Source: Botryllus schlosseri
Lineage: Eukaryota
Reading direction: 5' to 3'
Length of the DNA: 64,000 bases
Assembly: GCA_051294905.1 (NCBI GenBank)
Contig: CM119372.1
Location: 39,806,001 to 39,870,000, forward strand
The notes beneath the pieces were generated by a model. It saw only the letters and a program-made list of their open reading frames with translations, was not told where the DNA came from and searched no databases. Every line of letters begins with the position of its first letter. Position 1 is the stretch's first letter. Both the position numbers and the translations under genes were made by a program. This document shows positions 51,784 through 64,000 of this stretch, piece by piece.

Positions 51784-52216
51784 GTAATGGCCAGACAAAT
51801 GGTCTGTAGATGCCACTGATTGAGTATGGTATCGAAGCATTGCTTTCAGGGATGCGGTACAGATTGTCATTCATATTTTTAGAGTATATGTAGGACTTGG
51901 CAAAATCGAGTGCCTGAGTGTTCTGAATCTAGTATTAGGCTGCGAGTCGAGCATTCGAGTAAAACTCAATATGAGAGTCAAAGCAGTATGAAATATGTGG
52001 TAGGTTGATTTATCAATATGTGCCTTTTACGCGACCACAAAGAATAGAATGCCAGTTCCACATCATATTAAAGATGCTATAGTAATTTTTCGACCATGCC
52101 TATTTCATTGCACTTTGCGATGTGGATTCATCGCGACGTAATGTAATTCCGCTAACGTGCGTAACCTGGTACTGCATATTCCGTATGCAGCGATGCGAAA
52201 ACTAGAGGCATTAAAG

Positions 52217-52767
52217 CAGGGGTGGCCAACCCGCGAGAAGGTTTCGAGTGGCTCGCGCGGTAAATTTTGAAATAAGTTACGGTATCACAAATGAGTTGAC
52301 GTAATTTCATGTGAGCTTGCAAGCTCAACCAAATGTTTGATTAACTCCTGACCGCGGGATTGTGGTGTTGATGATTGAAAAGCAGATCCGACCCATGGTA
52401 GGCGAAAAAGGCCATGCCGCACGTTTTTCTTACATCTTTATAATTTTACGTGATAGAGTATTTCTGGCCCGATTAATGTAGCGTATATTTTTTTTTCGTG
52501 CTTCACGTGATTTAGTGCCACTCGATTTTTTGCTAATACATTCCTAAATGTTGAAATAATTTCGCCCCTCTTGCGGCTAGAACATGAATTTTTAGGTAAT
52601 AAATGTCAGTGGTTTCGGCGCGTAGTAAGACAAATCTTGCCCTCACCGCCACCTATTCTGCTCGTATCGTACACGACTATAAAATGTCATGAACGTTCAA
52701 GTGGGCCGCAAAATGGTTCGTACACGGCACGTGCTGGCCCCTTGGCCGATTAGGTTGGTCACTCCTG
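52217..52767. mobile_element. Buster-type hAT MITE (related to 60962-61646)
   Basis: Ends CAGGGGTGGCCAACC / GGTTGGTCACTCCTG; TSD cattaaag/ctttaaag (7/8). Confidence 0.85.
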
Positions 52768-53134
52768 CTTTAAAGCTACTACAACACAAAATACTGTCAA
52801 AATTATAATTTACGTTGATAAATCAACTCTTATTGGCAAGGATCGTGCAGGGCCTACTATAGTAGGCCCTGGATCGTGTCATTCCAGTTCTCAAACGAAT
52901 CGTCTCGACTACTCTTTTATTGCATTTTGTGAGAATTCTGTGGATCGATTACGGCTCCACAGATATGTCGTTTCCACGAATGTGAATGGCATTTTACTAC
53001 TTGGTTCGTGTGCTGTAGTACGGCCATAATGTTTCTTAATAAATTAGAATTAGCACTTTGAGGTTTGTGATCTTGAAATTTGTCGCAGCCCTAGAGCCAT
53101 CCCAGACAGATAAAAGTATATTCCACCTTCCCAG

Positions 53135-53320
53135 CAATTAATACAGAACGGCGGCGACGAGTCAGAAGTGGACGCAAACTTGCTGCAATACTCGTGGGGT
53201 CGTTGCGACCATGACATCAACTTCGCCATGAAATTCTCGAGGCGATTCCTAGACGAGCGGCAATCCTCAAAGAGTTTCTACGCAAGACTGACTCTTCACA
53301 ACAACAGAGTCGGACGCTTG
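53135..53320 (+). CDS. Wnt10: Wnt10 coding exon 5
   Basis: ttccaccttcccag|CAA (phase 0)...TTG|gtgagt. Translates QLIQNGGDESEVDANLLQYSWGRCDHDINFAMKFSRRFLDERQSSKSFYARLTLHNNRVGRL, containing Wnt WG.C, FS..FLD and LHNNRVGR. Confidence 0.92.
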
Positions 53321-53810
53321 GTGAGTCACCTCACTGTTATATACGTTTTGTGATTCTTACAATTCACACCTCGGGATTAACGAGGGTCAAGCAGTTTTTT
53401 GCGCTGCAAGGGGTCATGTTGACCGGAAAACACTCAAAGCTAACAAACATCCCAAATCATTCGACGCGGACTAGCTAATTTGAGCGAAATTCGAGTAAAT
53501 CGTTAATGCGGCTAGAGAATCTTGAAAGTAATCGATTGTAACTTGGCCTAGGCGTTGAGACTGCTATTTTTGTGCGGATTTACGTGTATGTTTTTAGTTT
53601 GAAACCATGAAATTAGTTTAAGGTCGAAAATTGCGTTTTCACACGGTGCACTTGTTTCGTTTATTCGACTGTGGAATCATTTTTGTTTCTTTGTGTGAAA
53701 TATCGACAGCAAAGAACATAGACTCTTTATTGCTCTCACGCTAACCGGATGAATTCGGACTTGAAAGATATATCACTTAATGTTGTTGGACTTACCGGGA
53801 CGATTTAAAC

Positions 53811-54202
53811 CAGTGGTTCCCAACCTTTTTCGACCCATCGCCCCCTTTTCAAGGTCAACACCGATCATCGCCCCCCAAATTTTGTGCACCAATAATTGGG
53901 CATACAGACTGTAATCACCGGCGGGTTGACTAAAAAAAAAGGTCATCTTTCTCCGCTCAGAGCTGAAAATAACGTTTTTTCTCTCCGAATTGCTAGGTGG
54001 ATGACTATAAAAAAAATAAATAAAAAAAAAGGTCAGCCGTTTTGACGCGTCATCGCCCCCCTATTGCCCCCTTCGCTATTTTCGCCCCCCGTCGCCCCCT
54101 TTGTCCATTTTCGCCCCCCTATCGCCCCCTTCGTCATTTTCGCCCCCCTAGATCGCCAAATCGCCCCCTGGGGGGCGACATCGCCCACGTTGGGAACCAC
54201 TG
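53811..54202. mobile_element. hAT MITE with CGCCCCC repeats, copy 2
   Basis: Same TIRs and body as 6928-7319; perfect TSD atttaaac. Confidence 0.95.
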
Positions 54203-54641
54203 ATTTAAACCATGGACCGTCGACCAGTGGCCCGCGAGGTAATTCTCGAAATTAGTTATAACCTCGGGTAAAATTGCAAGGCAAACCAAAATTTGATTAG
54301 CCTGACCGGGAAATTTTATGACGACTAAAACACCAGTTCCGACGCATTGGCGTAGCCAGGGGCCAGCCACATTTAACGCAGATCTTCGTATATGACCATC
54401 AAGTAAAATATTTCGTAGCAGATTGATTTGACTTGAAATTTTTCTTAGCACTTCGCATGATTTATTCTCACTAGATTTCTTGCATTTAGTATTGGAGCCC
54501 CATCCGGAAAATTATAAATTCGCATACTTTACAGAATTGAGTCTAACTATGTTCTCAATTAGGAAATTACCTGATTTAAACAGTCTATCTAATACCTATA
54601 GATACATAATACTCTAGATATACGAGTACGTACATATAGAG

Positions 54642-55060
54642 TAGGCTTACCATATTTTGGAAATCTAAAAAGAGGACACTTTTTCAGAAATTTGAGACTT
54701 GCAAAACCGGAGAGGAATTCTCAAAATTCGGTGAATTTCTCCCACTTTGTGATCGGTTGACTAAAAAAAAAGGTCAGCTTTCCCGCTCAGAGCCCAAAAC
54801 ACTGTTTCTTCCTCCACATTGCCGGGTGGCTGACTAAGAAAAAAGGTCATCTTTTCGCTCAGAGCTCAAAATACCGTTTGAGCGTCATTGCTGTGCTAAT
54901 TTACGGCATATCACTCGCATTTTGCTCTAAATGTGACCTCAATTTTCAAAAAAGAGGACAAAATCTCAAAAATGAGGACAAAAGGACGTCCTCCGAGGAC
55001 AGTTTTAAAAAAGTCAAAAAGAGGACAAATCTTCTTAAAAGAGGACGTATGGTAACCCTA
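54642..55060. mobile_element. GAGGAC-repeat hAT MITE
   Basis: TIR TAGG(C/G)TTACCATA; TSD atatagag/atatagcg (7/8). Confidence 0.92.
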
Positions 55061-56899
55061 ATATAGCGGGCTCTCTTAGCGAAGTGATGCGTATTTCCAC
55101 CCGTGTACCACCCTTGAGATAGTCCTACCGCAGTGTGAATATACACCCATGACACACGTAACCAGAACCTAACTCGGACTTGAACCACGGTAGAAATAGA
55201 GTACAGCATTTTATACAAATTACGCATTTCTCTAGGAACGTCGGAAGCTATGCACGTCGGCACGTATAGGATTTATGACCACGATATAATTCTAAGTTAT
55301 ACAATTGAATAGCATATTCGTATTGAAATGAAACGTGTGATTGAGTTGAGTTCTGTTTCATGTACCCCTGTTCTGCCCTTTGGGGGGTGAATACTAGGGT
55401 TGTAATGACTCTCGAGTCATTTGTTTATTGACTCGGACTTGGACTCGGACTCGAGTCATAATACCATGAGTCGGACTCGACCCTCTGCTCGCTGACTTGG
55501 ACTCGGACTTGACGCAGTGATGAATTGAAAATGACTCGACTTGACTCGGGTCAAAACTATAAAAGTGAGATTGACTTGTGGCTGGGAGCCTTGTGACTTT
55601 GTTACAACCCTGGCATGAACTAGGCTTTGGCAGAAGCTTAGAAGTTTAGAGTCCGGGTGAACTTTTCACCAATCCACCAACGATTGGTTCGACTGATTTC
55701 ACATATTGGATGAAAGCACAGCCTTTATTTCGAAAAATTTAACCTGTTAAACTAAACTTGTGAGGTAGTTAGTGTTCAATATTGTTCTATCTGTGTGTCC
55801 TGGATTGGTCATTCATCAGAATCGGCCAATCTATAGTCTTTTTCAACAAAAGCAATTAGAGTTTAATGTATAAATAAAGTACATTGAGCAAGCCATCTGT
55901 TCATCTCAATTATTAGAATTTCTATAACTGGTGACACGGTTTTTTATGTACAGTGACTATTACCCCTGACGAGTGTCAGCCGAAAATATACGGGCTTAGG
56001 CCTGCCCCCTCTGCACCAAATAATGGACCTCATGGTGACTTTTCGTTTGCTAGCGAAATGACCCCCTATTTTAACACCCTAATCCATGCCGACCTTGTAG
56101 AATTCGCCGAAGTATTTCAGTATTGTGCCTTATCGACGTGATTCACCGAGAATATGTCAAAATAGATTAAACGAAATGAATCATAGTCTACGCGGGTCGC
56201 GCGAAGAAACATAATTGCTGTGGGATTATCCTGTGTGAGGCGAATATCACCAGCCTACTGTACAATTGTGATATCACTTTCCAAACTCACGCCGTAATAT
56301 GCAGTCATAGCGCCCCCGAGACAAAATCTTGATCGGAATAGTTTGATGCCATGTTTGTTTTCTGCCTGAGTTGGACAACAAGGCAAGATTTAGCTTGTTC
56401 AAATTACATTATACCGTAATTAGAATGATAGCCACCGTTTTCTTTCGGATTAGATTATAATTAAAATTACGGAATTCGCACAAACTTGGTAATTATTTAT
56501 GTCAATTCCACATTGGACAGAAATACAACAACAATCGAATCAAACTTGATTCTCTTGAGCACGAAAATGGCAAATTGTTGTCCACCAAGCTTGACACCTT
56601 TCGCAGTCTACAGTTCTCTTGTAGAATTTTACAGAAAACCATAAATTAGATTTGAACTAAAAGATACCATAGAAACATGTTATTAGATTACCGGAATTTC
56701 GCTCTAATAAGTTAATTAGACAAGTTCAAGGATTTCTGCGTCATGGAATATGTTACGTTATTCCACGTATTACTACTCCTCAAAATATAATTTCAGTCAG
56801 GTGGCATTCTAATGATAACCGCACGAACATTGTGTCACTGTGATCGACTAGTCACACGAGACACCGTTATAGTTTTACTACATAGAAGCACACTTAACG

Positions 56900-57560
56900 C
56901 CTTATAGTAATCCAGGAATATGTCATAAAATATCTGCTCAGATATATAAACATTGTGCTCTTGTATACGTGAATTTATTCGAGTCTAACAAAGTAGGATC
57001 ATTATTACCGATGACCCGTGCCGCTACAGTGTAAACGGTGTTCATCCTAGCTCTTGAGATATTGTCAGGAATCTTGAGTCACTATTTTGTTTACGAAGGG
57101 GAAATCTGCTAGAAATCTTTACCGGGATGCGAAGATATCACTTCCAATGTAAACAGCAGTGTGTAAGCATAATCCAGGCGGACATAACTCACTTTACTAC
57201 TCTGTAGTTGTCATATCCAAAAACGCATCGAGATAGATATCGTCCACCGTGATGTAACAAGGAGTAATATTCATCCTTAAATGCAGAAGATTTAAGTTTA
57301 GAGTTCAAACAAGCTGGTAGAGTTATTAAATAGGGACAGTCTTGAGACTCCCAGGGACTGTTACATTAAACATAACCTATAGTAATTTGTGCCTACAAAC
57401 CTGTGATGTATTCAACTGATAGACGGTAATGAAATGAAACACATCTATTCAAGCCGATATATCATAAAGCTGTGTTTTCCTGCCTTGAAATCAGAGCGTC
57501 TCAATATCGGTTCGCCGATCATATCAAGTTGACATCTTGGATCACTTGGAAAGAAGGTAG
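56900..57560 (-). mobile_element. Decayed LINE reverse-transcriptase fragment
   Basis: Minus-strand order FQGRKT (GFR.GRST-like), LGVS..LSLF (GVPQG-like), TVDDIYL (YADD-like); heavily degenerate. Confidence 0.4.
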
Positions 57561-57622
57561 GTATCGGCCACTAGAAGTCAAAAATGCCAGGCATTTTCGT
57601 GACGTCACAACATGGTAGTAGG

Positions 57623-58067
57623 TAGGCTTACCATACGTCCTTTTTTAAGAGGATTTGTCCTCTTTTTTGATATTTTTGAAAGTGTCCTCGGAGGACGCCC
57701 TTTTGTCCTCTTTTTTGAGATTTTGTCCTCTTTTTTGAAAATTGAGGTCAGATTTAGAGCAAATTGCGAGTGATATGCCGCAAATTAGCACAGCAGTGAA
57801 GCTCCGGCGGGTACGTCGGAGTGAAAAAGGGTGATTTTAGCTCTGAGCGAAAAGATGACCTTTTTTTTTCAGTCATCCACCTGGCAATGTGGAGAGAAAA
57901 ACGGTATTTTGAGCTCTGAGCGAGAAGATGACCTTTTTTTTTTTTCTAGTCAACCGATCACGAAGTGGAAAAAATTCACCGGTTTTTGAGAATTCTTCTC
58001 CGGTTTGCAAGTCTGAAATTTCTGAAAAAGTGTCCTCTTTTTAGGTTTCCAAAATATGGTAAGCCTA
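57623..58067. mobile_element. GAGGAC-repeat hAT MITE
   Basis: Perfect TIR TAGGCTTACCATA; perfect TSD gtagtagg. Confidence 0.95.
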
Positions 58068-58480
58068 GTAGTAGGGAGTTGGAGAACTATCATCTGCGTA
58101 TGGTAGACTGCTGGGAATACTTGTCTATTTCTTATAGTTACAGGAAGAGGTGGTTAAAGTGGCCATCGTTGGTACTCAAGTAGAGGTAGAATTAGTCCCA
58201 AAAATTTATACTCGATTACATGTAGACGTGGCGCGTTGCAAGTAAGTAAAAAAGTAACTCTTCTAGTCCTAGTTTTATCCCTAAAAAGTGTTAAGTAGAA
58301 GTAAAAGTCTACAATCATAACCACTTGAGTAATTCGCGCAAGTAGACAAACGTACTTGAGTACTCTGATTAAGTAGAGATACTTCATTACCTTTACTTAC
58401 TGATGTCCAGTTGCTGCCTTTTTAGTTTTCGAGTTTCTTTTATGTCCGAGCATAGCGACGGCTGTAAAGCTATCCAAATG

Positions 58481-60699
58481 CAGTGGCGGCTCGTGACAAT
58501 ATCGGGTGGTGGGGCAAGGGCTGCAAGCGACTTTTTATCAAGATGACGTCACAATGGCGTTTTCCAACGTAAACAAGTAACTTAATGATGGTAAGGTCAG
58601 TGGTGGCCCTACGAACGGGGGGGGGTCTGGGCGAGACTTACCGGGGGGGCCCCTTATAAGTATCTATCCGAAACTTACGGATACGGATACAGGACTTTTC
58701 TAACAAATGCAGGGATTTGATGATGATTGACACATCTGTACGGAATCATATTCTTGCTTGGTGCACGGATTTCCATGTTTATTCGTCATTCTCCTTGAAA
58801 AAAGCGCAAAATCCAAATAGGGGGGGGGGGCTTCGACCAGGGGGGGCGGGCGACCGCCCACCTCGCCCACCCCAAAAGCCACCACTGGGCACGGTAACAT
58901 GAATTTCCCGCCAACAGTGATTTTAACGATGTGCCACGAGAGACCCGCCGGTGAGCTGTGACTTGAAGTGTGGTAACTGCGTAAACGGCGTACGGAACAA
59001 AGATTCAACATGGTTCATGTTCGCACTAGACCTGACTAATTATCTGCAGAAATGGAAATGACTATTCCTCGAGAGATAGCGTAAGCCTAATTGGAAAGGT
59101 CAACGAGTTCGGACAGATACGCAATTGTTATCTCATAGATTGGGCCTGTCATATTGAATCCAAAACATCATTCTGAAGAACTAAGAATAGCAGTCTCGGT
59201 ACAGCATAGGAGATTTTGGCCTTGAAACTGGAGACTGTAACACGACACATACGGCTTTATTACTGTCTATAGGGCTGCTGCGAAATCGCCTTTGGAAACT
59301 ATATTACCGAATAAATCCGTGGATGAAAGCCTTGAACTTAGTACACTGTTACATGACATCATCGAGAAGTGGCCTCATGGCCCTTTTCGGTATGGTACAC
59401 TGTCAAAATTAATGCGAACAGACCAACACCGAATTTTGCGTAAAATTTACTGAGGAATAGGCTGATCAAGTGATCAGCTGTTAGCCGCCATCGAAAACGA
59501 AGTAGCTATCGCGCTTGACAGGGGGTTGTAAGCAAAGGCTTGAAGGCCACAATTTCACGGTGAAATTGACATTGGAGAATATAATATCAAAGTAAATATT
59601 TGAATGCAAACTGAGAATGATATCATCATCTCAGTTAACGTTACCGCAGATACACTGGCTTTTGCGTGAAATCCGCAATGCGTTGTAGGCTGAAGTGTCA
59701 GATCGGAGTACATCTCTACCATACTCGACCTTGAAAACGAAATTACTGCCCTAATCATTGAGTGTCAACCATGAGACTTGGCACAGCGTTCGATACTAAA
59801 ATCAAGACATACCGTACAAAAGCTTATGACGGATCTAGGTAAGGAGCAACATTAAAATCAATAGAGACTAATACCGGCTTTGCGTATAATCTGTTAGCGA
59901 TAAATGACGAGTCAGCTCTCACTCGAATTAGGAAACGAAATTACCACTAACACAGTCCAGTGACAAACTTAAAACTTGGTACAGCGTTCGATACTAACAT
60001 TAAGACTTACCGTGCCAAATGTCATAACCGATCTCAGTATTGAACATCGTCAAAATCAATAGATACCAATACCGGCTTTTGAGTAAAATCTGTTTGCGAT
60101 ACATGACGGATCAGCACACACTCAACTTCGGAAACGGAATTACTACCCTAAACTTTAAGCAGAAACCCTGAAACTTGGGGCAGTGTTAAATACCACCATC
60201 ACGACATGACATACCAAGTTTCAAGAGTTTTCGTGGTGTGAAACACCATCAAAATCAACCCATACCAGCAAAGGTCGACCAAACGCATATGACGGTAACT
60301 GAGTTCAGCTATAGATACGATTGTTACATCACACCTTAGGGGCACAGAGCTATTGTGCCCCGGTTGCTCGGTAATTTTATGAATAGAAGAGAGTAAATCA
60401 CCGTTTCTTTATTGTGCGCGGCTTTGAGAGAATAGACAGTGAAAGCTTGTTAGGAGCGCTACCGGGGCATGCCCCGGCTAGGCATTCGCAAAGCGAAAAC
60501 ACAGAAGAGAATTCGATTTTCGCAGAGACTTCGCTATATATATGGGCATTTACAAGCGAAAGGACAAGAAGAATACCATTTTCGCTGTGATTTCGGTATA
60601 TATAGATTGGTGTGCGTCTATAAATGGTAAAGAATTGTTATTTAACAGAATTTTAGGTGGGGCAATGCCCCAGTTGCCCTATAGGACGAGCCGCCACTG
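58481..60699. mobile_element. 2.2-kb non-autonomous hAT-type element with nested MITE (58598-58887) and internal ~200-bp tandem array
   Basis: TIR CAGTGGCGGCTCGT; perfect TSD tccaaatg. Confidence 0.92.
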
Positions 60700-60961
60700 T
60701 CCAAATGAATGCACTGAAGGTTTAGAAATAACACGTGAACTAGATGTCATATCTTTTGAGTATCTGCAGAAGATATCGGGTTATCGGTTGAGGTGCAAGT
60801 TATCGGTTTATCAATATCGGCTCAAAAATCCTATGTCGGTCTAGCTCTAATTGCGATTCCAAGGCTTCCATCTGAGAAATATAATAACCAACAACAGTCG
60901 AAATCTTAACATTGAACAAAAATAAAAAGGTACAATGCAGAGGTATATACAGCCATTACAG

Positions 60962-61646
60962 CAAGGCCGGCCAACCCGTGGCCCGCGAGGTAATTTCCGA
61001 AATTAGTAATATTATCACAAATGGATTGCAAAGATTGTGAACTTGCAAGGACAACCAAAAATTTGATTAGTCTGGCCGCAACACTTGAGATGTGATGACT
61101 AAAATATCAGTTCCGCCGCATTGGCAGATCCATGAGCCAGTAACAATTTGGTAGATATTCGTACACTACAATAAAGCAGAATATTTTGCGATAGATTTAT
61201 CAAAAGTAAAAAATTTTCTTCACGCTTCCCGCAATACGTTGTCACTCGACTTCTTGCTTTTAATATTGGTACCCCTTTGTGAAAATGAAAGAACGCCTAA
61301 TGTATCAGATTGAGTATAACTATATTCGCGATTACGAGACAAAATGTCGTTCAACATATGCGACCTTGCGTTTGCGCTCGCAGAAAGACCGTCGACTATG
61401 AAACCTAGGCAAAAAATGATTGACGCAAGTTGGTCGAAGCTTTCGATATCGATATGTCCAGGCGCCGAATAGTCCATTCCTTGCAAACTGAGCCCAGCGA
61501 TATAAAGCAGGTCCACAATATAGTCAAGTGACAATATTATTGACCTATGAACTTCGAAAAAATTTCGCTCCAGTCGCGGCTAGTGGCCCGCGCAATAGTT
61601 CGCCAATCAAATGTGGCCCTTCGGCTGAAAAGGTTGGCCACCCCTG
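60962..61646. mobile_element. Buster-type hAT MITE
   Basis: Ends caaggccggccaacc / ggttggccacccctg; perfect TSD cattacag; GGCCCGC subterminal motifs. Confidence 0.9.
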
Positions 61647-63356
61647 CATTACAGCAAGCAAGATCCGGTCGTGATGCGGATCTAAAGTTTAACCTCAATG
61701 TTTAGACTCAAAGCAGGTTTGGAAAGATCTCTTATATCCGTAAATATTGAATGTAACGCGCCTGGCTCTAGACTTGAAACGTATCAAATATATCCATTCG
61801 AATTGCTTTTTCGCGGAATCTTCTGTTGATAGTAGACGTCGTTAATGACTTATTTACGTATTTGAAACATTGTTTACAGTCAACAAGAGGTTCGAGTCCT
61901 CAAATCCGAATCGAGTGTCAATTTCACTGATTCGAGTCGAGTGATGAGAGTTAATGTTTCCGAGTACCGAAATGATAAGTTGCCTAATATTTCATGAAGA
62001 AAAGGTTCGTTGATATGCTTCGACACTAAGGGCGTCTTAAAGCATAGTGTCCTATATGGCGTGGACACAAGCAAATCACACGGCTTAGTGAAATTGGTCT
62101 ACGTCACACTTTCCATTTGGCTAAAGGCAATTTGACGGTGATTTCTGACCGGCTTGCCGAGCATTAAATTTGATAAAACGGGTATCAATCGAAAGCTGCC
62201 GCTGCATTGATTACGAAAATATAAATTTTATTCCGCTCAGGGCCCTGGAACCCCCACAAGCAGCCTCAACTTTTGTATTGTTATGGAGATTGGCATTGAG
62301 AGGCGGCAATAATGTCTGGCTAAACGAGTGCGCAGCTCAAGAGCAACGGAGCGGCTGCCCATCGAGAGTGAAAGTGCTCAGCTAGCGTCGCGGCAATGAG
62401 CTTGTGTTTCGAAGTGCAATCGCGTCGCAGAGAAATTTTGCGCTGTTGATACTATTTATAGGCGCTTCGGCAGAAGCCCGCACACATTACCAGCCTTTCC
62501 TAGATGCCTAGAAGTGGCTCGTGCTACAAGTCGGCTGTGACGGAATAAAAGTGAACAATATTACCCTGGTGTAAATGACCATAGTAGTCGACAAACACCA
62601 TGAATAACACAAACAAAAAAGTATATAGGATCTGATTCAATACGTGCAACATAATACAGCGACTTCTATGTACAATATACAGTTAAGTGAAACTTCCATT
62701 CTTTATTTCGTAGCCGCATAAAAAGTACGTATTTAGGCATTTCCAGTTTGACAACTAAAAAATCTCCATCTTTTCCTAATTTGATTAGAAGTAAAATTAT
62801 ATCTTTGCCGTTTTTCCAAATTATTTAGAATTACTGAAGTCGCAAAAAAATTGGAAATTAAATTAAAGTAAAGTAAATTATTTAGTTCGTATTAAGTCAG
62901 GGTTTATTCTCATAAACAGAAGAAGGCCAAATGTCTGTACACCATTGTGCAGTTCTCTTGTAGCATTTCCAGGGATGCCGAAGTACAAGTTAATTTACAT
63001 CGCTACATTCCAATGTATTACAACGAAAAATAAAGTATACGAATATGGCTCTTCCGGCGGATACGTCTCCCTACCCCTACTCTAAGATTAAGGATACCGA
63101 ATGCCAGAAACCAATTCCTATCAGTTTAGAATGAAATTACGCATTTACTGCCTCGGGATGGGCCATTCAAATGAATATTAGTGTTTGGCGATGCTTAGAC
63201 TTTCGACTGCAGAACAGGCCACCCATACCCTCAACCGCTAACAAACGACAATTCATCTTCACCACATCAAAAGCGTGCCAGCGCGTGCCTTCACATTTTC
63301 AAGAATCCAATACCCAGAACTATAAACCCCTTATCGTAATCCGTCATTAATTATAG

Positions 63357-63514
63357 GTAGTCGCCAACAATATGCGCAAAAAGTGCTCGTGCCACGGCAT
63401 GTCGGGGTCGTGCAGCATTGAGACTTGCTGGCAGGAAGCCCCGGAAATACACAAGGTCGGAAATACGCTGAAGAAGCTCTACACGGCCGCCGCGAAAATG
63501 CCACACGACAACAG
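63357..63514 (+). CDS. Wnt10: Wnt10 coding exon 6 (gene continues beyond window)
   Basis: ttatag|GTA...AAC AG|gttggg. Translates VVANNMRKKCSCHGMSGSCSIETCWQEAPEIHKVGNTLKKLYTAAAKMPHDN, containing the Wnt signature CxCHGxSGSC...TCW with the lipidated Ser. Confidence 0.95.
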
Positions 63515-64000
63515 GTTGGGATGATTGATATGTGCTTTGGTACTATTTAGCGTCATACACTCTTAGCGGAAACAGCGCGTATTAACACCCAAAGGTGTCG
63601 AGCGAAGTCGCAACCTAGCTCAGAATTATACCGTTGTTTAATCAAACACAACATGTTAATTCAAATGATACTTGACCAATTAGAATCAGCGCAAATGACG
63701 TACAAACAAACTTAGGCGCATACTGACGTAGGAAAGTATGCATGAGATCATGATTAACAAAATACTTCTACTTTTCGAAGTACTTCAATTAGATTTTGCC
63801 TACTTGCATTACTTGACAGTTTTCTATTCTTTGGCTAAACTAGACCACCTAAAATATGTTCTCTTTACTTACTTCTAAATCGTTGATGATTTATAAAAAA
63901 ATGCAATTACAGCAATAATCCACATCTTGATTTTTACAAGACCAAGAAACCAGCAATTAAGACATTGTTAAAGCAAAAACGAGTTCAACCATCACAGTAT

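Noticed and set aside
51467..51874. Overlapping 135/82/78-aa ORFs
   Set aside because: Antisense or out-of-frame shadows of Wnt10 exon 4.
53089..53134. Upstream acceptor tgtcgcag for Wnt10 exon 5
   Set aside because: Gives immediate stops (TAG in phase 0; TAA at 53111-53113 in the Wnt frame).

Overview
Animal (invertebrate-like, AT-rich, repeat-dense) genomic DNA, which explains why the ORF track shows only short ORFs. Two spliced + strand genes can be reconstructed by hand. (1) The last two coding exons of a fibrinogen-domain (FReD) gene (6379-6478, 11154-11469), joined by an apparent GC-AG intron. (2) Six phase-compatible coding exons of a Wnt10 orthologue (36208-63514) that continues past the right edge. 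Almost everything else is transposon-derived: about 20 non-autonomous hAT-type elements with terminal inverted repeats (TIRs) and 8-bp target-site duplications (TSDs), often nested up to four deep; decayed hATm, Buster/Charlie-type hAT and Chapaev3 transposases; a Gypsy gag/integrase remnant; LINE debris; and a tRNA-derived SINE. The most interesting element is a dispersed ~110-170 bp repeat with 10+ copies. It is the 3' pseudo-LTR of a Penelope-like retroelement, whose GIY-YIG remnant is attached to one copy at 38337-39470. The repeat carries a minimal type I hammerhead-ribozyme motif (ACCC-CUGACGA-GUGUCAGYC-GAAA-AYRU-UC-GGGU) with a palindromic stem III. All family assignments come from motif recognition by eye; no database search was run.
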